A stretch of DNA of 64,000 nt from a virus: IMG/VR virus record IMGVR_UViG_3300036851_000339, positions 6,483-70,482 of that record. One strand, written 5' to 3'. The notes under the pieces are model-generated. The model saw only the letters and a list, made by a program, of their open reading frames with translations, had not been told where the DNA came from and did no database searches. Below are positions 57,473 to 64,000 of the stretch, piece after piece. Each line of letters starts with the position of its first letter. Within the stretch, counting starts at the first letter, position 1. Both the position numbers and the translations under genes were made by a program.

Positions 57473-58293
57473 GTGTAACAGTCCCAACTAGACAACTATC
57501 AGATTCTATCGCCAACCGCCAAGCACGTCCACTCAATGGAGTCGAGGTAAGAGAAGCATTGGAAAAGCATGTTTTCTCTCTCACTGACCAGATCATGACC
57601 AAGAACGACTCCAAGAGTGATGCTATGCTCCACCAGATCGAGCAAGTGAGCTCATCCCTAAGAGCAGAACTGGCAAAGCATAGCCAACTCAGCAGAGTCA
57701 ACCTCTCCTACCCAAAGGTTGGATGGAGCATCAAGATCAGATTGGAGGAGTTGGAAGACCTTTCTCGCATAATCAATGGCGAGATAGAGCTTGATCTCCA
57801 AAGAAACCTCCGATTGAACATCAGATTTGGCCTTTCTGGAGTGGGAAACGTCATTTCCACGATAGAAGACGAGAGAATCCCCACCGATACGCCAGATCTA
57901 CTCCGAAAAGACTTCAAACTCCCCATCACCACTGATGTTATTGGCCCAGATGGCCTAGTTAAGAAGGTTGACCTATCGAATATCGAGAGGAGAGCTGCTA
58001 GAACTGCTGATGTGGGATCTGGAGCCGTTGATAGGAAGAGCATTTCCGTCTATGGAGAGGTGGAAGAGGTGATTGATGGTGAGATTACAAAGATTCCCGT
58101 TATGGTGGAGAAGCTGGCATCAGGTGGAGAGGAGGGATTGGAGGTAGTATTGCCAAGTCAACTCCCTGAGATCACTCTTGATGATGTAGTAGCAACTCCT
58201 CCTGAACCACCCAAAGCAGAACTCAGCTATCCACTGCCACCTCCTAACTCGATGGCCAATAAAACCAGACCTAATGTGAAGATACGGAGGTAG
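57469..58293 (+). CDS. Hypothetical protein
   Basis: ATG overlaps the upstream stop; GAGGAG RBS. Confidence 0.6.
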   Translation: MSVTVPTRQLSDSIANRQARPLNGVEVREALEKHVFSLTDQIMTKNDSKSDAMLHQIEQVSSSLRAELAKHSQLSRVNLSYPKVGWSIKIRLEELEDLSRIINGEIELDLQRNLRLNIRFGLSGVGNVISTIEDERIPTDTPDLLRKDFKLPITTDVIGPDGLVKKVDLSNIERRAARTADVGSGAVDRKSISVYGEVEEVIDGEITKIPVMVEKLASGGEEGLEVVLPSQLPEITLDDVVATPPEPPKAELSYPLPPPNSMANKTRPNVKIRR

Positions 58294-58295
58294 CT

Positions 58296-58559
58296 ATGAT
58301 GACAATGAAGATGACTTATGCTACTGAGCTGGATGAGAAAATAGACGAACTGCGGAACTTCTGCTCACTCAACAAGAGAGACCAACTCTACATGGATGTA
58401 ATCAACGGCCTCCGAATGCGCTTCTCTCAACCTCTTGAGACCCAGATTGATGAGAGGTCAGCAGAGATTCTAAAGTTAAAGATTGATCTGGAGTTCGAGA
58501 AGAGGTTTTCCGAAAGAATCCTTACTTATCTGATAAAGGGGAATCAATGGCCCTCATAG
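58296..58559 (+). CDS. Hypothetical protein
   Basis: GGAGG RBS. Confidence 0.5.
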   Translation: MMTMKMTYATELDEKIDELRNFCSLNKRDQLYMDVINGLRMRFSQPLETQIDERSAEILKLKIDLEFEKRFSERILTYLIKGNQWPS

Positions 58560-58747
58560 AAATCCGAACAGACCTATCAAGAGTAGTCATAGCTCTAGAG
58601 AGAATCGCGGATCTCCTTGATGAGATAGCTCATCCTGCTCTTCCTCTAGTAGAACAATCAGGGGAAGAAGACCTTGGCTCATATGTAACGGAGGTGGAAG
58701 ATGGCAGAACAGTTTGGGACCAATATTCTCCACGAAGGAATTATTGA
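58547..58747 (+). CDS. Hypothetical protein
   Basis: ALERIADLL motif; coupled ORF. Confidence 0.5.
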   Translation: MALIEIRTDLSRVVIALERIADLLDEIAHPALPLVEQSGEEDLGSYVTEVEDGRTVWDQYSPRRNY

Positions 58748-59381
58748 CTATCCCATCAATGGCGAGGGGAAACTCGTTACTAGAAGAGGCCAGATCACCC
58801 GTCTAAAACCCAAGCTAGACGCGCCTCCCGCGAGTCAACCAGGCTCAGTGGATTGGACCCTCAATATGATATTTGGCTCCTCTCACAGAGCTCTCCAGAT
58901 GATCGAATCCCTTGTCGCGGGCCAGGGTGATAACGCTGATGAGAGGTGGGTTCAGTTCATCCTTGTATACAAAAAGTGGCAGATAGAGTTCGATAGAGGT
59001 GATCTCGACAAATCCCCTACCTTCAACCAGGTCTGTCACACTCTCAACTTGCCAACTGAACAGTTCCTTCGGGATCTTCAGATGGGTGTCCAGAATGTGA
59101 TGACTAAGGTAGCTCATCTAAAAGCCTCACTAGCTGTTCCGGAAGTAATGGATATGGTTATTGAGAGAGCCAAAGCTGAAGATGCCGATGTCAAGGAGAG
59201 GGAACTCCATCTGAAGATCGCAGGAGTGATTGATGAGAAGGGTGGAGTCAACGTCAATATCAACAATAGTAATCAGGTCGCGGTGCTGAATAAGGGAGAG
59301 AAGGACAAGATGAAGACTCCCCTTCTCCAGTTCAGTCAGACAGTGACGGAGATAGATGATGAAGTCAGAAGAGACGGATAG
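58701..59381 (+). CDS. Probable terminase small subunit
   Basis: Helical core plus GGVNVNINN tail; upstream of the large subunit. Confidence 0.45.
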   Translation: MAEQFGTNILHEGIIDYPINGEGKLVTRRGQITRLKPKLDAPPASQPGSVDWTLNMIFGSSHRALQMIESLVAGQGDNADERWVQFILVYKKWQIEFDRGDLDKSPTFNQVCHTLNLPTEQFLRDLQMGVQNVMTKVAHLKASLAVPEVMDMVIERAKAEDADVKERELHLKIAGVIDEKGGVNVNINNSNQVAVLNKGEKDKMKTPLLQFSQTVTEIDDEVRRDG

Positions 59382-59509
59382 AATAACTGAAGAATACAGC
59401 GAATGGGTTTGGCGTTTTAGTGAAGGAGATTCTGAAAGAGGAATATTCTGCCCAAGATGTGGAGAGCCCATACCAATAGCAGTAACGCAGATTGATGATG
59501 AGGTGAGGA

Positions 59510-59734
59510 GTGAAGAGAGTGACACTTAAAGATCTGGCCACTGAGCGAGATATTGAGTGGTTGGAAACTGGAAACGCTGCTCTCTTTACTCACTTTGATG
59601 AAGCGACAGAATTCATGTTGGAAGCCTTGAAGAGTGGACTTCAACTCAGATTAGCAATGGTTGATACAGGAACTCTGAATAATAAGAAGAAGTGTGTTAT
59701 GTACAAAAGATTTTGGATAGAAGAGATTAAGTAG
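59510..59734 (+). CDS. Hypothetical protein
   Basis: GAGG RBS; GTG start. Confidence 0.45.
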   Translation: MKRVTLKDLATERDIEWLETGNAALFTHFDEATEFMLEALKSGLQLRLAMVDTGTLNNKKKCVMYKRFWIEEIK

Positions 59735-59740
59735 CATAAA

Positions 59741-61912
59741 GTGTACAGCCCCAAAGTAACTAAATCTAAAATAGCCAAAGCAGAGAGAATCATTCGAGAA
59801 ACTCATGATCTCCCCCTCAGATGGTCTCTCCAACCCTCTTCCTATGGTGAGAGACAGGAGATGGCTGCTCACTTTGATTCTCTTCTTGACTCAAAAGGCT
59901 TTCTCATAAGGGATTTCACTAACGAGGAACGTCTGTGGATATTGTGTGAATCTACAATTTGTAAATCTGACTTTCTCTACTTCGCCTCCAACTACGCCAA
60001 GATAGAGGACTGGTCAGCCCGAATCGTCAACTTCACTCCCAACATTGCGCAACAAATAATCCTTGGAGTGATGTCTGAGTATGAAGAGAAGATGTGGGCC
60101 ATCATGCTCATGCTCCTCAAGGCTCGCCAACTTGGAATGACCACCTTATTCCAGGTCATCCTGGCCCATCGAGTCTTCTTCTACAAAAACGTAGTCGCAT
60201 ATACAGGATCTGCTGAGGAGAAGAAGTCGAGAGCGATGGTGGGAAAACTTGAGTTCATATGGAACCAACTCCCCTGGTGGCTACGACCTAGACAGACTGC
60301 TGCTCAAGCGGGCGACTTCCTTAAGTTTGGAGACATCAACTCTTCTCTCTGGGTCCAGTGGGGGAATCAGAAACAAGGCATCGGTCGAGGTGGAACTCCA
60401 ACTGTCTCCCACTTATCAGAGCTCTCAACCTTCGAGAAACCTGCTGAGCTTGTAGATGCGTCTCTCTATAGAGCCATGCATGAAAACCCCTTTGCCCTGC
60501 TAGCTTTAGAGTCAACAGCTCATGGCCTGGGCGATTGGTGGCATAAGTCATGGGAGTTTAATGTCAGGAGAGATGCTTTAGGGATAGCAAAATACAAGCC
60601 CATCTTCCTTCCCTGGTATGTTGGAACCGACTTGTATCCAACGGAGGGAGATATGCGAAGAAGGCCAATTCCTCCTGGTTGGAATCCTCCTCAATATGTA
60701 GAGAAGCATGCCGAGGCCGCGAGAGTCTATGTCAACAGTAATCAGTTGATAAAGGGGGCGCTGGGAGAGAATTGGGAGATGCCTCTCTCCCAAAAGTGGT
60801 GGTACTATCTCAACTACGAAGAGGCGAGAGAGCTAAAGCAACTCCATGACTTCCTACAGGAGATGCCAGCTAACGCGAATGAAGCCTTCCAGAACAGCAA
60901 CCCCTCAGTCATGTCAACAGAGACGATGATTGACATACGCACTCGCTCCAATTCTTCACAGCCCGTAGGGGCTTATCAGCTTAATAGTCCTGAAATCCCC
61001 TTTATCTATAGGGATATGAAGACCATTGGAGATCCCATACGAGGAAAGGCTTTCTCTGCTGATGGAGTTCCTCTGGATACTTTTGCCCTGGAGCGAGTTG
61101 AGATGGATAGTTGGCCAGATGGTGATCCAGACCTCAAGCTATATATCTGGGAATGGCCTCAACAGGGCGAGACATATGGGATCTACTGTGATCCATCTGA
61201 GGGTGTTGAGCGAGATTCAAGTGTAGCGGGTGTGATCAAGAAAGCCACTCCATATCATCCAGATGAGCAAGTGGCTGAATGGGCCTCGAACAAGGTAGCC
61301 CCACATGATCTTTGGGCCTTTGTCTACTTCATGGCTCACCTTTATACCGTCAGGGGATACGGTGGAGATTGGATGGAGCCGTTGGTGGTGGTTGAGACAA
61401 ACATCATTGGAGACACAGTTCAGACTGAGATGAGGAAGAGGGGCTATTCGAATTTCTATCGCCAGATGGATCTAACAGCAGTGGGAGATGTCGGTCAGCA
61501 GTTCAATCGCCGCAGCAGAGTCATCAAGGATAGGATAGGTTGGAGAACGGATCGAGTAACAAGGCCGAAGATGATTTCCCTCTTCCGAAAGCTCGTGAGG
61601 GATGGGAACTTCGTAATACGTAGTCCTTGGTTGGTCAATGAGGTTGGGACGCTCCAGTACAATATAGACAAAGCGAGGATCGAGGCAGCCGAAGGCCACC
61701 ATGATGATAGAGTGATGGGACCAGCTATGTTACTTACAGCATGGTACGATCCAGAAGTTTATGGTACTGTCCCAACGTCATTTATTGAACAGAAATCATT
61801 TGAAGCTAGTCTTGACAGATTACCCAGTTATGGTGGTGATGTGCTGGTTGGGAGAGCTTCGAGATATGTGATACCTGATATTGAGTATACAGACAGTAGG
61901 ATTTATGGCTGA
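59741..61912 (+). CDS. terL: Terminase large subunit
   Basis: LKARQLGMTT Walker A; HLSE Walker B; EST; FLPWY; DPSEG...D; VVETN; HDDRV. Confidence 0.92.
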   Translation: MYSPKVTKSKIAKAERIIRETHDLPLRWSLQPSSYGERQEMAAHFDSLLDSKGFLIRDFTNEERLWILCESTICKSDFLYFASNYAKIEDWSARIVNFTPNIAQQIILGVMSEYEEKMWAIMLMLLKARQLGMTTLFQVILAHRVFFYKNVVAYTGSAEEKKSRAMVGKLEFIWNQLPWWLRPRQTAAQAGDFLKFGDINSSLWVQWGNQKQGIGRGGTPTVSHLSELSTFEKPAELVDASLYRAMHENPFALLALESTAHGLGDWWHKSWEFNVRRDALGIAKYKPIFLPWYVGTDLYPTEGDMRRRPIPPGWNPPQYVEKHAEAARVYVNSNQLIKGALGENWEMPLSQKWWYYLNYEEARELKQLHDFLQEMPANANEAFQNSNPSVMSTETMIDIRTRSNSSQPVGAYQLNSPEIPFIYRDMKTIGDPIRGKAFSADGVPLDTFALERVEMDSWPDGDPDLKLYIWEWPQQGETYGIYCDPSEGVERDSSVAGVIKKATPYHPDEQVAEWASNKVAPHDLWAFVYFMAHLYTVRGYGGDWMEPLVVVETNIIGDTVQTEMRKRGYSNFYRQMDLTAVGDVGQQFNRRSRVIKDRIGWRTDRVTRPKMISLFRKLVRDGNFVIRSPWLVNEVGTLQYNIDKARIEAAEGHHDDRVMGPAMLLTAWYDPEVYGTVPTSFIEQKSFEASLDRLPSYGGDVLVGRASRYVIPDIEYTDSRIYG

Positions 61913-62153
61913 TAAACCAGATACATATGCAGGCACTCAAGAAGAATGGGACCAGGTGATGGCCCATTGCGACAAGATGGGCAGATCACTGATGAATGAC
62001 TTCTTCGATGGTGAGCAAGCCATTGTGAGTGAGCAGCTCAAAAGACAACTTTTTGGAGAACCAATCTTAACAAAAGAGCAGGTACAGGAGAGGACAGAGA
62101 GATGGATAGCGAAAGAGAAGGAGATTTGGGGTTCCATGCAAGATCAGTCATAA
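61905..62153 (+). CDS. Hypothetical protein
   Basis: Overlaps the terminase stop; AGGA RBS. Confidence 0.45.
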   Translation: MADKPDTYAGTQEEWDQVMAHCDKMGRSLMNDFFDGEQAIVSEQLKRQLFGEPILTKEQVQERTERWIAKEKEIWGSMQDQS

Positions 62154-62252
62154 AGCATTTGGCTGGTCTCTTGACAGGAGAAATCACTCCGACTAGCGAG
62201 GCAGACCGGGAGTTTATAGATAGTATGACAGGACTATTTGAGGAGAAGGAAG

Positions 62253-62771
62253 ATGCCAGGGATACTGAACTACGAATGTCCGAACGAACACAGATTTCAA
62301 AAAGTATCGAGCAAGGATCGAGTGAGATGCCCAAAATGCAAAAAGATGTCTGATATCCTCTGGGTATCAGATGGCTCCACCCATCAGCAACTCCAGACAC
62401 CAATAGTAATGTGGAGATATCCAGATGGGAGACTTGGCGTGGCGGGTGGAGCCGACTCTAAAACTCCCAAGAATGCTGAGAGAGTTGAGATCCGCTCCTT
62501 GGGGGAGTATCGAAGATACGCTAAGGAGATTAACTCTCAGCTCAGATCGAAGGATGATAGGAAAGAGGAGAGCTTCCTGAGACAGAAAGAACTCTGGGAG
62601 CATGAGAGAAGATCCCGACTAGCCTGGGCTATGGGACAAGAGAGTGACCCCCTTGCCAAAGACCTTTATCGAGAGGCCCTCCAGCGAGATCAGGGTGGGC
62701 ACAAGTCTCCATCGTTCAGGGAGTTCTTCTCAGTTGTGATGGAGAATGATAGGAGTAATTATGACGGTTGA
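62253..62771 (+). CDS. FmdB-like zinc-ribbon protein
   Basis: MP..NYECPNEH.F...CPKC. Confidence 0.6.
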   Translation: MPGILNYECPNEHRFQKVSSKDRVRCPKCKKMSDILWVSDGSTHQQLQTPIVMWRYPDGRLGVAGGADSKTPKNAERVEIRSLGEYRRYAKEINSQLRSKDDRKEESFLRQKELWEHERRSRLAWAMGQESDPLAKDLYREALQRDQGGHKSPSFREFFSVVMENDRSNYDG

Positions 62772-63024
62772 AGAAGCTTATCAAGTGTTAGATGAGGTAA
62801 TGATAGACTACAAGCGAGAACTCATGGAAGAATTTTGGAGAGATAGCGATTATAAATACATGCCTCCCATAGATCCTGTTGAGGAATTCATGGATGATGT
62901 AAGGGAGATGTTATATGAGTAATACTGTAACAATAGGATTCTCACTAATAGGTCTAATAGTTGGAGGCATAATTCTAGCTTATGTCTTTGACTGGCTTGA
63001 TGATCATATACTGTAGGAGTAAGT

Positions 63025-63216
63025 ATGAGTGAAAAGGATGTCACCCTCAACAATCTCCACTCGATAGTGGGAGAGGCTGAATGGGAAATGGTCAGCAGGT
63101 TACTTCATGGTAAGATTATACAGGCTACAGAAGTAACTAAAGAGATGGAAATACCTGAGAAGTATATAGGAATAAAAGTAACAATAGAAGTTTGGCAGTT
63201 AGACGAGCCAGCATAA
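63025..63216 (+). CDS. Hypothetical protein
   Basis: AGGAG RBS. Confidence 0.45.
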   Translation: MSEKDVTLNNLHSIVGEAEWEMVSRLLHGKIIQATEVTKEMEIPEKYIGIKVTIEVWQLDEPA

Positions 63217-63251
63217 AGGAATCAGTCTTCCTCCAATAACCGGAGGAAGAG

Positions 63252-63746
63252 ATGGCAAGGTTTATAAGTGAAAAGTGTAGAGATGCCCAAAGAGCCGCAG
63301 TCACTAAACATGGGCAACGAAGAACTAGACTGGCAAATATTTGGCATGGCATGAAGTCTAGATGCGAGAATCCAAAGTCTAAGGATTATTCTACATATGG
63401 CGGAAGAGGAATAACTATATGTAATGAGTGGAGAGACGACTTTCTAGTATTTAAGACCTGGGCTACTGCCAATGGTTATGATTCGACGTTATCAATAGAT
63501 AGAATAGATGACAGTCTTGGGTATTGCCCATCTAATTGTCGTTTCATTCCCATTCCAGATAATTGCGCCAGAACTAGAAGATCACTGGCACTAGATGCTT
63601 TTGGCGAGACTAAATCTATTCGAGAGTGGGTCAGTGATTATAGATGTTCTGTCTCGCATAATATTGTCTATCACAGAATTAAAAATCTAGGATGGTTGCC
63701 AGAAAGGGCAATCTCTTCGCCTCTCCATTATAGGGAGGTGAGATAA
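63252..63746 (+). CDS. HNH-type homing endonuclease
   Basis: IWHGMKSRC.NP; YGGRGITIC.EW; SIDRID...GYCPSNCR. Confidence 0.85.
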   Translation: MARFISEKCRDAQRAAVTKHGQRRTRLANIWHGMKSRCENPKSKDYSTYGGRGITICNEWRDDFLVFKTWATANGYDSTLSIDRIDDSLGYCPSNCRFIPIPDNCARTRRSLALDAFGETKSIREWVSDYRCSVSHNIVYHRIKNLGWLPERAISSPLHYREVR

Positions 63747-64000
63747 TGCCTACCACTCAAGGCGGAAACTCTGCTGCTGTAGTAACAGGAGCTGGAGCTG
63801 GATCATCTAGGCCCTCACGTTACGAAGCGCCCTATAAGTGGAATGGTGAGAGAAGCCAGGCCCAGCGTATTCTCTCTTGGATGAATGAGTGTATCCAGGA
63901 AGGGGAGTCCTTTCTTAAAAGCCAGACTGGATATAGATTCGTTGATACAAGTCATCGAATCATGGCTGACATTGGCTTCGATGAACTCCCAAGAACCCTC
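63746..64000 (+). CDS. Probable portal protein N-terminus (3' truncated)
   Basis: GGAGG RBS; open frame MPTTQGG...ILSWMNECIQEGESFLK running to the window end; position after the terminase. Confidence 0.55.
   Translation, partial: MPTTQGGNSAAVVTGAGAGSSRPSRYEAPYKWNGERSQAQRILSWMNECIQEGESFLKSQTGYRFVDTSHRIMADIGFDELPRTL

Overview
A nearly complete genome of a tailed dsDNA phage with podovirus-like organisation. The window opens inside the major capsid gene and closes inside the probable portal gene. The + strand (57.3-64 kb, then 1-24.7 kb) carries packaging, capsid, adaptor/nozzle, fibre and ejection genes, a 2441-aa polyvalent protein and a GH24 endolysin. The - strand (24.6-56.2 kb) carries a UDG-fused family A DNA polymerase, recombination genes, MazG, a ParB-like protein, an Rnl1 RNA ligase, a tRNA/tRNA-like cluster and many small ORFs. 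I found no integrase, primase, helicase or CRISPR array. The strongest candidate novel system is a translationally coupled operon at 43.1-46.5 kb that looks like a phage-encoded ubiquitin-like conjugation pathway: a GG-tailed small protein, an unknown protein, an E2-like/zinc-finger protein, a ThiF/E1-like enzyme lacking the usual catalytic Cys, and a JAB protease. Other highlights are duplicated atypical tRNA-like RNA units beside the RNA ligase, two candidate nucleotide-sponge anti-defence proteins, a polymerase with substituted active-site motifs, and a genome-wide TGTTACT motif array. All calls come from motif recognition by eye; no database searches were run.
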